A stretch of DNA of 64,000 nt from the NCBI RefSeq assembly GCF_008831285.2, contig NC_045138.2:11284001-11348000 (forward strand), given 5' to 3'. Position 1 is the first letter of the stretch. Each line of letters opens with the position of its first letter. Below are positions 38,063 to 52,387 of this stretch, one piece after another. A program made the translations under genes and the position numbers. Origin of the DNA: Nymphaea colorata. Its lineage: Eukaryota. The notes below the pieces were generated by a model that was given only the letters and a program-made list of their open reading frames with translations, made no database searches and was not told the origin of the DNA.

Positions 38063-38197
38063 ATTTATAGTGGAGATGATGAGAATGCAGTTGGAGCTTG
38101 TGGCCAGCTTCGCTGTTCTCCTATTGATGAGTCATTTGTTGATGATGCTACATTACTTCCTTATGGGTTTTGAGTTATTTCGCTAGAGTCTAAATCA
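38063..38197 (+). pseudogene. Isolated exon of a class III HD-ZIP gene (PHB/PHV-like), one stop
   Basis: After a pyrimidine tract + AG reads IYSGDDENAVGACGQLRCSPIDESFVDDATLLPYGF*VISLESKS, then GT. This matches the recalled HD-ZIP III segment LCSGVDENAVGACAQLVFAPIDESFADDAPLLPSGFRVIPLE.KS. TGA at 38171-38173 replaces Arg. Confidence 0.85.
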
Positions 38198-38799
38198 GTT
38201 GCGATGCAATATTGCTGGGAGGTTAGGCCATTATTAATAATGAAGTCAAAGTTAGCTCTTAGACAACCAAGAATTTGCAATGTATGTTTTCATAGATAAT
38301 TAATAACAAAAATTTTTTGTTTATTGATTCTTGGTCATTAGCAACAAATGACATTTTCGTAAGCAATAGTTTTAGTGGCATGACTTTTAGTGACAACTTT
38401 GGTCACACATTGTTTTCATTGTTGTAAACCTTCAGCAACAATAATGATGCATTACTAAGTATTGTCTTCCTTGTAGTGGTACTTATCAAGACATGGTGAA
38501 GGCGATAGTACGCGAACACAATGAAAGTGGGGGTCTTTATAGAGATAAACTGCTTTGTCTTGTTTGCAAAACCCTAAGCCTGCATGATTTCTTTGCTCGA
38601 CTTCAAAATGATTATGCCACATGTTGGATGATGTTGATTTCTTCAATGTTCACCATGCATTATACTCCATGAATGTAGGACTTTAGACCTTGCCCATTGA
38701 TAATGAATTGACTCCTGAAGTTGCAGCCCTCGATATCCATAGTTTGGGAGGGATAAACTTGCTTAACCTCATATAGTCTTTCCCAATGTGATTGCAATT

Positions 38800-40900
38800 T
38801 CAACGTGTTCAGCATGACAAGCTTTTGTCATTATGGATCTTGGCATTCTCATGAGCATTATTGTGAAACTCTTGAAGCTTCAAGAGGTACAAGTACTCTT
38901 CCCCAACTTGAGCAAAATCATAATTCAATTTCTTTATAGCCTAATATGCTCTATGCTCCAACTTGATAGGTAGGTGACACACCAAAGATAAGGCTGCAAT
39001 GAGGGATACCAAGAGGGGTCTTAATGCAGTTTTGTATGCCACAACACATAAGCAAGCCGCTAGGTTTTCCTTCGAATTTAGTTGGAATATCTTCTCCATG
39101 ACACATTTAATTTCCTTGTTTGGAACCTCAACCTTGTGCGGCAAAATTATGATGTACAAAACACTTCCTCAAAGAAGAAGCAACTTGTACATTCCTCAAA
39201 TGCTTTCTACCATCACCAATAATCGTACATGACATACCCAAAATAATTAAAGATATTGTGCTTAATGAATTTCAACACAGCCTTATGATAATATCATCTT
39301 AGTGGTAATGGTCTTGACCCACTTGGACACATTGTTTATTACCACAAGAATATATATATTACCACAAGACTGTGAAAATGACCCCATAAAATTGATATCC
39401 TAGATTCCAAAAATCACCACAACCATAATTGGTAGGTATCATGGGCATGAAGTCTTTAGGTGAATTGCTTTCCATTTACTGGCACATTAATTAAAGTTTA
39501 TAAAATTCATATGAATCTTTATGAAGGGTATGAAGGGATGACAGGTAGAATTGACCTACAAAAACGTTCACTTACAATCTTCTTTCCATTGTCATGGCCT
39601 CCATGGCCCTAGGAATGACAAAAAGAAAGGATGGCTCAAACGCTTCCTGCAGCACAATGACTCAAACCTTTCCTTCAGCACACACTTCCGAATGACTTAA
39701 ATCTATGCAATATTTGAAAATTGTCGATCATCCCAACAATATAACTTAGCCTGAGATAGAAATCTATCTCTCTCATATTTATTCCAATGCTCAGGCATTT
39801 GACTAGCCACTAGGTAATTAATTGTCTTCAAATACCATAGTATTTGTGATACTCTGACCCCAATAATTTGCTCATATGGAAACAAGTCTTGAGTAGGAAA
39901 TTGATCTCCTATAGATTCTAGACGAGTCTCGAACGATGATCTTCAAATACATTCTTGCTGCAATAGTCTTAAATTTCAAACTATTGTAGAAAAAAAAATC
40001 TAGCAAATGGGTTTAGGCTTCATGCCTCTTTTACTCAAAAGATATCTCAATACAATATGATCAAAATACATGATAATCTTAGAACAAAGGACAAATGAAA
40101 GAAACTTAACCAATGTAAAGGATATAACGAGTAACCCTTTTTTTATAGCAGTATAATCCATCTGAGCATATTACAAACAATGACTCACATAGTGCATGAC
40201 AATTGATTTCTTGTGTGCCTTCTACCCCAGAATCACTCTAATCACACAATCAGGCATGTCACACATGATCTTAAAGGATGGAAACCAATACAAAGAGCGA
40301 AGAATCAAGGTTGTGGCGAGCACACTCTTAAGAGTTTCAAATGCTCACAAACACTCATCATTGGAAATAAAGGCTACCTCTTAGACAATAATGCACATAG
40401 AGGTCTAGCGATTGTATTAAAATCATGAACCTTTACTAAAATCCTTGCATGCATAAGAAAAGAATATACCTCTCGAACAAATGAAGGTAGAGCCAGTCTT
40501 GAAACTTATTCTACCTTAGCTCAATCAACTTTAATACATATCTCTATCAAAATGTGGTCAAGCACGTTAACTTTTGCCATCATGAAGTAGCACTTCTCCC
40601 ATGATACGCCAGGTTTCTCTCACATCTTTAAGCTCATACTAAAGCTTCTGAAGACAATTCTTAGATGATGAGCAAAATATTGAAAGTCGTCCACAAATAC
40701 TTGCATGACTTCTTCTATAAGATATATGATGAAGCTTAAAGACAATCCTTAGATAATGAGCTATTTATTGAAAAGTCATCCATAAATACTTGCTTGAAGT
40801 CCTATATGGATTTCAGAAGATCGACAACATGAACCTATAATATGAAACAACTTTGATCCCCTTTACAATCATAGCTAAGGATGGTCAAAAGTGACACAGA
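38800..40900 (-). mobile_element. Highly degenerate Athila-like gypsy pol (RT/RNase H/integrase) remnant
   Basis: AYKT...CHLPIKLEHRAY (integrase C-term) and WY..INYLVA..MPEHWNK..RFLSQAKLYCWDD. Boundaries approximate. Confidence 0.6.
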
Positions 40901-43900
40901 GATCACATTCTCTCAATTTGAAATTGAGCTGTCCCTGGTTCCTTTACCAGGGGTAACCAAACTAAAGGTCAAAATCATGTTTTTCATCTGCCTAAATATC
41001 AAATGTCATCATAATCTATGTGCAAGGCAAGAAGTAAACATTCCCAATCTAGCCTAATTTGAGCCTTATGACTTAGGGTGAATGAATAAAAGAAGGCATT
41101 ATTTGTCCCTATGCCATCATGGGATGCAAAGACATGCTCCCTAATGTATATGCATGGATAGCCTAGTTTACAGAAATGTAATACCTGGAGACTAGGGTGA
41201 TCTTAAACTCATCTGAGGGAGTTTTAAGGATAATAGAGAAGAACATTAACCTAGTTTGGAATGGGGTAGATTTATGGGGGTCCATTTTGATTAATGTTTG
41301 AATGGAGTTCCTACTTTCTCGGGTTGTAAACTCAAGTAAGCATGAACCTTAATTAGACTTGACCAAATTGATTTTGGATTTACATGATATGATTTGAGCT
41401 AGACGAGGGCTCCAACTTGATTATGAACCTGCAATGAAACCACCTGCTCTCTTCCATGCCAAATGGGATTTTGAGTGGTTTAAGGCATGAAACTACACAT
41501 AACTTAGTACGATCAACACCTGGGTCACATCTGGGTTATATTCCAAAGATGGGATTGAACCAAATTGTTCAGGGTCAAGGTCATAGGAATATCCAGGTGT
41601 CGGTTTGGCCAAAACACAATCCAAACTCATGTCAAGGACCTTGAGGTGATTGGTCTAAGATTCACCCAACCAGCTTGGATTTGGATTGGCTGGTAAAGAT
41701 TTGATTAGCTTTGGCTAATTTCTGGCTTCACTTAGTTTAAGTACCTCAAATGAATTAGGCTAAGCTAAACTAGGCTCGCGTGACTTGGGATTTGTTTGAG
41801 ACTAGATCCCATTCATTGAGTACTTCAGATGGGCCTAGCTAGACTTAACCAATTCAGATGAGTGTTGGGTTAGGGGGCCGGTCTAGTGTTGTTCAATCTC
41901 GAGCATCACCTAGGTTATAGACCTCAAGCAAGCTAGGCTAATCTTCGCCATGTCAGGGAGGTTTTGGAATTGTATATTGTCTTAGGTTGATGTTGTTTTG
42001 ACTATGCTCAGGTTTTGCACAGGTTATAGACCTCGAGTAAACTGCACTCAGGCCAACCATACCATACTCGGTTTTAAGAGGAAAGCACAGCTACTTTATG
42101 CTTGAATCAAGCTTTAGCGTTCTCAGGTTAAGGACCTTGAGCATGTGAAGCTGGATCTGTCCTAAACCAAGTAGGCCTTGGGTTATAGTTGTTAACCTAG
42201 CTGGGTTCTTACCTAAACCCAGTCCGACAGGGTTAGGGACCTCAAGTGGGACGAGCCAGGCGTTGCCTAACCAAGCCAACAGAAATGGTTCACCTGGTTT
42301 GGTGTTAGGCTTATCTTTGGAAGAACTGAGGCCTGAAGTGCCATCATGAGTCAGGTAGGTCATGATGGTTCAGGCTATGCGAAGACAAATAAACAGTCAA
42401 GGGTGCCATCTGCGAAATGGGTCGGTTGACTTGTTAGGTAGAGATCCAAACCTATTCGTCCCTCCTTCGGGTCAAATGTAAAACGCCATTGGAAATCCAG
42501 TAGGGGACAATTCCCTATGAGAAATCAATCCAAAAAAGAGGTTGGATTAGATTGCATTTTGACTTAGAATTGAAGGCTAGATAGGACTAGATTTTAGTAC
42601 TTAATTTGTATTCAAAACTCTCAAATTTGAATTTAGATCCAATTTTAAACGTAGGTTGTGATCCTAATTTCAGATTCGGAGTTGGATTGAATTTTCATTT
42701 TGCGGGTTGGATTTAGGTATTTGGAAATCAGGCATGAGCATTAGGTTTTATTATTTGGTCATGAAATAGAAAGCTAGGTATGGATCTAGGAACTAGATCC
42801 GATTGAACTTTGGTTAGGTTTTGAAAATAGAACTTCATGGGATTTGGTTTATAAAGTAAACTTGGTTTGAGTTTGAATATGAAATCCAAGTTGATATCAT
42901 CTAGGTTTGAGGATGAGCTTATGAAGATAGAAGTGGGATGCTCCCTCCCTCATGAGCGAACCTTTTTGGAACTGGTGAGGAATGGGCGCCACTATCCCTG
43001 CCCGGATCTAGCCGGGTTCTCGGATTTATGAAAATTTACTTGGTTAGATATGAATTCTGGATTGAACTTAAAGGTTTCATGATTAGTCTTGAATATAGAT
43101 TTTATCCAAATGAGGATCGAAATATTGATATGCTTGGATCAGAAATTCGACTTTAAAGTTGAATTTATTTATTTTAGACACTAGGTGTGGTCTTTATTGG
43201 GCGTATATTTGATAGGTGGCTCAATCAACTCATTTATGCGACGCAATGGACAAGGTTTGACTGCAGATTGCCCATTTTTAGGAGAATAGCTTTCGGATGG
43301 GACTCTTAGGGTCCACTCAAATCATAATGGTGCAACTTTGAAAAAGTAAGAGTTTAAATGGGAAATCTTACAATTTTTTTTTTTTGCGTGTGCTTACATA
43401 GGCATATAAGGCAAATTATATACTAAATTAACGAAGGGTATTGGATCAACAATATCTATGAGTATAAATACTGCAAATTGTCTTATTACAACTGATTTTG
43501 TAGAAATCTTGGAAATAGCGAAACATACTAGAGTAAGCATAGGCCCAATTTTCGTGACTAACTCACCAGATAATTGGGATAATTCCTGCAGTAATTAACT
43601 TAGGGTTTTACTTTTACCATTTACTTGGGTAAATGAGATATCGACGTGTCTACTGGTTGAGCCCTACTAGAGATGATTCAACATCCATGTAGGATATCCC
43701 TAAGGATACACCCAATCCTAGTTGGTATGCTAACTAATTAATACTCTTATCTCATTTAATTGAGTTAATATTAGATAATTAAATTGTTAAAATGTGTTAA
43801 CTTCTTGTCGTTGGTACCATATCAACACCATCAACATAGGTTGGTGCAACTCAACATTTTTTATGAGAAGAGACTAAAAGCAATAGAGCATGTAGAGGTG

Positions 43901-44396
43901 TATAATCAATAAGTTCATCACTTTGCTAAGTTGATCATTGAAAGGAAGTTAAAGGTGAATGATGGTAAAAACATCTCAACTTTTCCACCATTTAAAATTA
44001 TCATTTTGCCCCTAATCTGCACATTTTAAAGCAATGTAATTCTTGACTCAAAGTCATCGTCAAGATATTTGCTAGGATTTGGATTTGCTAAAATGTAGGA
44101 CATCCCTAATTCTCGTAGTTTGACCTTAAGCCATTTTTGCCATTTCACCCTCAAACCCTAGGAAAAACTTTAAAAATAGACCAACTTAGATGGATTATTT
44201 CAACCAACCTAGTTTTAGGCTTACAGCGTACCCATGAACCTTTATCTTGAGATTATTGGCATTTTTCTCACCCAATTAAACCTAGTGGGCCCATTTCTCT
44301 AGAAATCGCAATTTCTAGCTTTTTTTTTTCATCTGATGCCTAAACTAAGCTTAAGACAATTATTCATACTCCCACAACTTAGCTTTAGTGGCTTAT

Positions 44397-47348
44397 TGTA
44401 ACATTTGGTGTTTTCAAGGTATTGGGTGGATCTGAATCAGGGTCCAAATCTGGACCCGTGTTGCACATCAGGGGGGCTCTCTCCCTCTCACTGTTCTGCA
44501 TTAACGAAGAGGAACAAGAGGTGAAAGAAGAAGTAGCTCAAGGAGAAGAAGAACTGAGGAGGCAGCTGGAATTTCAGTAGATGTAATCTCCCCCCTCTCC
44601 TTGCTATCTCTTGTTTCCTCTCATTCTTCTCATGTCCCTTCTCTTTTTCTGGTTCTCTCTCCCGCTCAATCGAACTCTTTCTCTCAATCTCGACGATTTG
44701 GGTTAATAGAAGAAGAGGAGGAAGAAGGCATAGCTAAGAAGAACATGTGAGGAAGGAGCAGAATCGGAGGAGGCAACGAAGGTAATTTTACTCTCACCCT
44801 TTTACTTTCTCCATCACTCACGTTCTTTGTCCAGCCATTCTCCTCTGTGCTCCCATTTTCTCACCCGCTCAATCAACTAATCCCTCTCTCTGTCTCATGG
44901 TCTCTCCATCACTCAAAACTTTACCACTCAGACCTTCTCTTGGTCTTGCTTCTAGTCTCTCTCCCTTACACTTACCTCACACCTCCTGCTCACTCTTGCA
45001 ATCATTAGCACATTGTCCCTCTTGTGCCCTCTCTCTTGGTTTCTCTCTGTCGTTTTCCCTCTCTTCTGAGTGTCTCCCTCAATCGAGCCCTCTCTCATGG
45101 CCCCCTGGTCCCATGCACTCTCTCACGCCAGATTTCTCTCTTTTTCTCTTTTGCTTCCTCTCACTCTTGTTAGTGTTGATTTTTGGGATTGATATTTTGG
45201 GAGAACATGATTTCTTCCACTTACCAGCAAATAGGGAGGTTGGTAGGCGGTAGCGATGGATTGCCTTGACGTTTGTTGGTAGGAGGACTAGAGGGGCTGC
45301 CATGGAAGACTATATCAGTTTAGGTTCCCTAAGAGGGGTGACAGAGGCCTAATGGAGCCTATTTTGTTTGAGTGCATGAATAATTATCTCTTGAGTCAAG
45401 CATGGTAGAGATCTTATTGCATTAGGAAATGTTTAGGACTGCTTTGGAGTGGCATTAATATATGCTATGTGTTGTTGGATTTTGCAATGCATATGGGAAG
45501 GGAGTACTTATGATTTTTTTGTATGTGAAATTTATGGTTTGAAGGGAAAACGCAACATGCAGGTTATTAGGGTCTGAACATACATTAAGGTACGATGAAA
45601 ATGCTCATTCATGTTAATTTGATTAATTTATATTCTCTTAGTAGTGAGCTAATGTCGTCATCACTGAATTGACAATGGAGAAGTATAATTGCATACATGA
45701 TGTCTCAACAACGTGTTAGCCACCTAGATTAGGTGTCTAATTAATTGATAAGATGTGGAGTGATGTATTTGGGAAGGTTCATGCTTAGTGAAGGTTCACG
45801 CTTAGTGACCTCATAAATATGAGAAAAACATAAAAGAAAGTTCTACAAGCCCATTCAACCTATCAGCATCTGCTCGAGTCAATACTTGCAATTTGGTGGT
45901 CCTATTTCTTACCTAAATAGATTTTAGAGTAAAGAGGATAGAAAACTTATTACTTTAAGTTTTTGTAGGTGGACTCGGTACATCGAGCAAACTCCTATCT
46001 GGCATAAAAAATTGGATTGAATGTTGCATTCCCGAGTGGGGGCTTCTAGGATCGTTGGATCCTATGAATAAGTTTTATTTGAATGATGTGTGATATGACA
46101 TGTTTATTGACGTATGCATGTTTGTGTAAGATTGATTGATTATGATATTGATTAATTGTTTTTAAAATGTTAGGTGGGATATTGAGTTGAGTACCTCCTC
46201 CATCTTGATTATGCATTAATGAGCATCCTAATGTGATATTTTCCTAAAACTACTATGAGTCAATCAAGAATCGAGATTAATCTACGTGGTTCAGTGAAAT
46301 TTTCATATGAAATGATTATTATAGTTTGATTGTTGTGATTGTTATGAGTTTTTTGTCTACATTGCCATTGAGAAATGATTTGATTGAATTGACTTAACAG
46401 GTAGAAGTACTCATAGAGTATGGTTTGGCTATCCAAGAGTATTGATTGAGTATATGACCTTATGAAGGCGGTTTGTGGGTCTGGTTGCACTTAAGAAGTG
46501 AACTAGCCATGGGTGCTAGCCAATCTCATTTTGAATGTGTTTTAATAATGATAAACTAAGAAAGAATAGTTGATTACAGGACAATAGGTTATGGCAATAC
46601 GTTATAAGGTTGCCTCATGATTACAGGACAACAGGACAATAGTTGCCTCATGATATCGTTGTGTGTTATGCTTAGAGCGTTGGCTCCCACATTCCCAACC
46701 TAGGTGTTATAAGAAAGACTGAGTAACTTATATTGAAATTTACACATCCTTGGTGTATTGCTCTATCGTTGCGGTGTGTATAGAGTCATATTGTTGTGGG
46801 CCACCACTAGAGTTGTCTCCCTATTATAGATCACCTGCGGTGTGCACACGTTTGTGTTTTGCATCCACATAAATTGTCAATTAACTACAATGAATATGAA
46901 AGAAATGAATGTGAATGAAACAAATGAGACTAATATGTGAATTGATTATAGCTATTGAGTCATCCCTACATATTGTGAAATATGTAACGGACAATAATGA
47001 CAGTTCATGTGAATGCACATATGCATTGTGATATCATAGTGATTATGTTTCTTTATATTGTGTTTTGCATCCACATGAATTGTCAATTAACTATAATAAA
47101 TGTGAAAGAAATGAATGCGAATGAAACGAATGAGATTAATATGTTAATTGATTATAGCTATTGAGTCATCCCTACATATTGTGGAATATGTAACAGACAA
47201 TAATGACACTTCATGTGAATGCACATATGCATTGTGATATCATAGTGATTATGTTTCTTTATATATTGGACTCTAGATTTGAGCTCTTACCTTAGAGAAT
47301 TAGAGATTTATCTAGTTTGTCGCCAGACTACGAAGGATCGGCCTTCCG
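44397..47348 (+). repeat. Old diverged Tekay-family LTR, 3' end replaced by the adjacent copia fragment
   Basis: Starts TGTAACA...GGGTCCAAATCTGGACCC (cf. 27195-27250). Colinear motifs TTGGCTCCCACATTCCCAACCT (46680; cf. 29360) and GCCAGACTACGAAGG (47322; cf. 29811). Confidence 0.6.
46853..47264. repeat. Two tandem copies of a 206-bp unit
   Basis: TGTGTTTTGCATCCACAT starts at 46853 and 47059, and the two copies align throughout. Confidence 0.85.
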
Positions 47349-49434
47349 TTATTTATCCACTGTCTCAGGGTGATAAGGAGATAAAGACCCATCTACAATT
47401 GATGAAGCTGCCTGAACAGACCCAATAGGAGATGGTAAAGAATTCTTGCCCTGCTTAGATGCAACATTTCTTCCTAAGGATGCACCGGAAGGACGACCAT
47501 GTTTATCCCAACATCTGTCTTCTAAATGTCCTATTTTACCACAATAGGTGCACTGAAATCTTCCCCTACCTCCTCCTGACCCACGACCAATGCCTCTCCC
47601 CCTGAATGAACCGCGTCCACGACCTCCTGAGGCTACCAAGGCCGAAGCCTGTAAGTCACTAGAGGGCTGAGAAAGGGTCACAGCAAGACGACTGAGTCTG
47701 TTGTAGGCGTCGGCTAGGTCAGGGATTTCTGCTCCAGTCAACATCTGAGTCTTTACTACAGCATATTCAAGGGAGAGACCCTGTAAAAACTTCACAACTA
47801 TAGACTGTTCACCATGAGTTTTATGACATGTTGGACATGTGGGACGTAATGCTTTAAGTCGTTCATAGATGGACTTGAGGGAAGTGAAGTACTGAGCAAA
47901 ACTTTGATCACCCTATTGCAAATTAAGTAATTCCTCCTCCACCTGCAATATCTTGCTAACATTCTTGTCATTTGAGTAAGTTTGTTTCAAGAAATCCCAC
48001 ATTTGTTTGGCCGAGGTATAGTATGCAATAGTTGATGCTATTTGTGGTTGCACACTATTCATGATCCATGACATGACAATATTATTATCTCCCTTCTATG
48101 AAGCATATTTTCCACTCTTTTCGACAGGCTCATTTTCTTCTATAACATGCTCCTTGTCATATCCAATCACTGACATCATAAACACACAAGACCAAATCTC
48201 ATAGTTAGATCCATCTAACTTTACCGTAGAACCATAAGAGAATGGGTTTCCTTCACGTTTAACCTCATGAGAAAAATCAGTCCTGAGATTTTCAGCCATT
48301 GCAAATCTATCCACAAGGGATCAACAACCACAGGCAAAAGAAATTATATATATATATATTGAAAAAGAATCAGCAAGACCAAACTTCCCACACAGCCACG
48401 TTAGATGCACAAGAGCAAGCAAACCGTTGTCCAACTATTGACAGCAACCCACGGCCAACAAAAAACAGCAATCTGAAAAAAAACTGGTCGCAGGCAGCTT
48501 CAAGGTAGAACAGGGCTGAATCTTCTAAAATCCGCCAAAATTCATCCAGAGCTCAGATCGAGCTGAATTTTGGACTGAAGCTTGCTGGGATGATTATATA
48601 CAGAAGCCCAAAAGATGGGGGGCAAATGCCCAACCTAAGGTCCACTCGTTGTCAAGGCAAGGAGCTGGACTGTCGCCTGTCACAGGCTATTTCAGAACAG
48701 GGCAGGGCAGCTCCTCCTCACGATCTCAGCAGGAAACAAGCAAATCCAGTCTTAACCAACCAACAACTTGTCTATTTATGTATCTAACGCAGCTGTACCA
48801 CACATTAATTTTCACACATCATGGATAACGACATCAGATAAATGTAATCAATGTAAACTGCCACAAAAAAATCATAAAGAGTAGTCCTCCACTTGGCTGC
48901 CTTGATCATAGACCACATCAACCCATAAGAGTCCAAACGACTGGAGTCTATTCACGCATACTTCCTAGCGTGAATAGACTCCTCCACCTAGTTTCGTTGC
49001 TGAAAATCAGTCAACTAGAACAAATGAGAAGAGAAGAAGGAAGAGACGAAAGAAGAGGAAGGAGAACAATATGGTGGAAGAGATAGCCTGAGAAGGAGAA
49101 GGAGGGTCGCCGGCTGTTCACGTCACCTCGCCAGATTCACGGACGTCTGCAGCCTATCGCCGGCTGTTCAAGTTGCGTCGCCAGTCACGTCCCGCTCTGA
49201 TACCATGTTGCAGCCTTGAAACGTGGAGAGAGAGAGAGAGGGCTGAAGACGTGAGAGTTGAGAAGAAAAGAACACATTTAATTCACTAACCCTAATCTCT
49301 ATTATAAAGAGATTAGGGTAGAAAGAAGATTTACAGATTACATCAATCTAAAATAAAGAAAATATTAAAGAGATCTTATAACTCTTTAATATTACAAAGA
49401 ACCACCTAGAAACATAAACATTCTTATTTCAACA
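47349..49434 (-). mobile_element. Copia 5' fragment: LTR 49206-49434, PBS, leader, gag
   Basis: PBS TGGTATCAGAGCG at 49193-49205. gag MAENLRTD..KLDGSNYEIWS..KFLQGLS..RGRFQCTYCGKIGHLEDRCWDKHG. Same family as 1-2919. Confidence 0.88.
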
Positions 49435-51249
49435 ATATCTGACTTAAAAATCTTTCTGGTATGCTTTCTCTTGTTTCCTATTTCAATGCTCCTCTTTGTT
49501 TCATTGGTTCTACAACTTAGAATCTTTTCAAGTCTTTAAGAATTTGTTTAGTTGATCTCGCAACCTTCAAGAGACTCCCCAGCCTCCCAAGTCCAAGTTG
49601 TTAGAACAAAGCAATGAAGAAAGGTAGAAGGAAGAAGTCGAAGCCAACCAATTCATAGGTAGATTGGTTATGGTATCTCCAGTGGGTAGCTCTCTCTCTC
49701 TCATACTTTCTTCTATTCTCAGCATGGAATATCATTCTTTTTAAGCTTTTATGTTGATTCAAATAAGATATTAAAGTTGAATTTGCATCATGAATTCAGT
49801 AGGTACCATTCACTCTTTGAAGAGAGAAATGGGGATGTTGGTGTTTTCTAGAGGAGTGTTTACGTTCAAACTTTGTTCAAATTGCATGCAACCTTGATGG
49901 AAACATAATAACTCGCTTTCGTTCCAAGTATAGAATAAACTCAACATGTTGGTGAGTGAATTGACCTTTCATAGTGCTTTAATGAATCAAACGTCCAAAC
50001 TAGTTCGCTCAATGTTTAAATGCTCTAAATGTTATCCTTCAACCTGAGGAATAACGTGAAACACATGCACTTGCATGAACGTAAGATTTGGAAAAGGGTT
50101 GGCTTTAGAAAAACTAGGGTGACTCTGTCGGCTTATGAAAATGTCTGCCGTTTCATCATGTGGCTATGATATGCAACCTCGAACTACAAGATGCATACAT
50201 GTTGGAAAGTGACGTTAAAAATCAATTTTGGAACATGGAACATGAATTTGAAGTAGATATTGGAATCCATGTAGACAATTAACTGATTTTGTATTCACAT
50301 ACAAGGACTAGTGTCTCATAACATGTTATGCACTGGCTGGAGTTTCCACATGAATCCTAAATGTGGAAATGAATTGGAACATAATTTATAATATAGTGTG
50401 AAAACCAAATTCAGAAAGAGATTTAGGTTGAGGACTTGGAAAGCAACTTTAGAATAACATTTGGAATGAGAATTCAAAACTATATTAAAAATCAATTTTG
50501 GGAAAGAGATTTAGAAATCATGATGCAAGTTTGAAACTGTATCTTATAAGGTGCGAAGGCATTCGACCTTCACCAGGTAGGAAGCTCCAACTAAGTACAT
50601 GGATAGTGCCAAAACCACATTAGTTTCAAAGAGGATAGTGCATGTGTGTGGTGACATTCATATTGATTAACTTGTAAAAGTTAAAACTATGTGCAGAGAT
50701 GCATGACAAACCACAATGTGCATGCAAACAAGCAAAGAAACTATATGCACATGACAACCTAACTAATGCATAAAAGACAAAAAGCAAATTAAACAACTCA
50801 AACAAAAGCATGTGTACATCGAAGGTGAATTCATTGACATGGTATTTTTTATGATGCGGCCACAACTATTTGAAGCTCTTACGTTTAGTCTTATGTCAAA
50901 TTATTCATTTTCTTAAATAAGATTCTATAACTTTCAATTTGAAAAAACTTTTGAAGAATCAAATCACTCCTTATAAATCGTATTCACTAATCCAGAAAGA
51001 GTCAATACCCATGCACAAGGGCTTTGGTGCAATAGCTTGAAGAATTTTAATTATTTCATATCAAGAGAGAGTTCAACCACTTTATTGATGGTTTGGCTAG
51101 TCTGGACTCCATTGTAGCATTTTAAAAACAGAACCCTGCAGAGCTTTTGAAGTTAGGAGACTCACTCAACCGGTTTATAAATCGCACGAACAAGTCAATC
51201 AGTCAAGTCAATCGAAGGAACCTAGTATCAGAACATTAAGAATTACTCA

Positions 51250-52200
51250 AAAACAGAAAAATTTCTTTTAGACATGCCGAAAAGAGAACGGATGGTCATT
51301 TAGAGGTTATCTAGGACATTTTCATCTTAGCAGGAGTCATGTACAGGGAGGCTACTTTCACGACCTTGACCAAGATAAGGTACAAGCAACAATTAAAGAG
51401 GCATATGAGGGAATTTGTGGTGGTCACGTTGGCTACCAAACCCTTCTTGGTCAGGCAAATAATATGAGCAGGTCACTAATGGTCGACCACGCAACATAAC
51501 TGTTATAAACATATCAAAGAGTGCCTCAAATGTTAGACACATGTTGACTTGTTTCATGTCCCAATAGCATATCCCCAACTCAATGATATCACAGTGACCA
51601 TTCTCCATGTGAGCTTTTGATGTGGTAGGTCCTATCTGCATCGAAGTAACACATCGAAGTAACACAAGTACTTTCTAATAGTTACATAATATTTTATTAA
51701 GTGGGCTGAGGATATCACTATAAAAATTGTAGAAGGAAAGCATACATCTTTTATCCAGAAGAATATTATGAGTAGATTAAGTGTGCCATTCCTCTATGTC
51801 TCATTACCTTCAAGTGAATGACCAAGTTGAAACCACTAACAAAATCTTGAACAAGATTTTGAAAAAAAAAACTTGTGATGACGGGTCATGACGGGCATCA
51901 AAAGATTTATGATGCCCTATAGGCCTACAAGACCACGATCAAGACACCTACTAGTGCTACCTATACCGAGCTTGTACAGAGGACTCACTTGGTGTTGCCA
52001 TACACATACAAAAGCGTGCATTCAAATTTGTGTCCCTAGCTAAACTTCTCATAAGGAGACGCAAAGGATGTTGCAATTGTACCTCTTGGATGAAAAGAAA
52101 TTCTAAGCAGCCGAGCGTCCAGAAGCATATCAATAGAAGGTGGCCCAATGCAAATTCAAGTTGAACGAGTTAATATTGAGATCCACCAATTCATAGCACA
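51250..52200 (+). mobile_element. Degenerate Tat/Ogre-like gypsy integrase remnant
   Basis: EAYEGICGGH (~51398), *PFSM*AFDVVGP (~51595), FIKWAE (~51694), AYKTTIKTPTSAT (~51923). Heavily frameshifted; boundaries approximate. Confidence 0.6.
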
Positions 52201-52346
52201 CGATAGAAATGAGCATCAACCTCCATGAAAATTCTTATTAATTAATTCATGCCAATGGAGCTGAATTGCCCTCCAATTGAAACAGTTCTATATACAAATT
52301 GATGTATTATTATTTATCTATCAAATAAAATATACTTTTTGGTGGC

Positions 52347-52387
<41 letters not shown>

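Noticed and set aside
40900..44390. Possible additional retroelement with PBS-like TGGCGCCCA at ~42984-42992 (minus)
   Set aside because: No LTR pair or readable domain could be supported; probably old TE debris, left unannotated.
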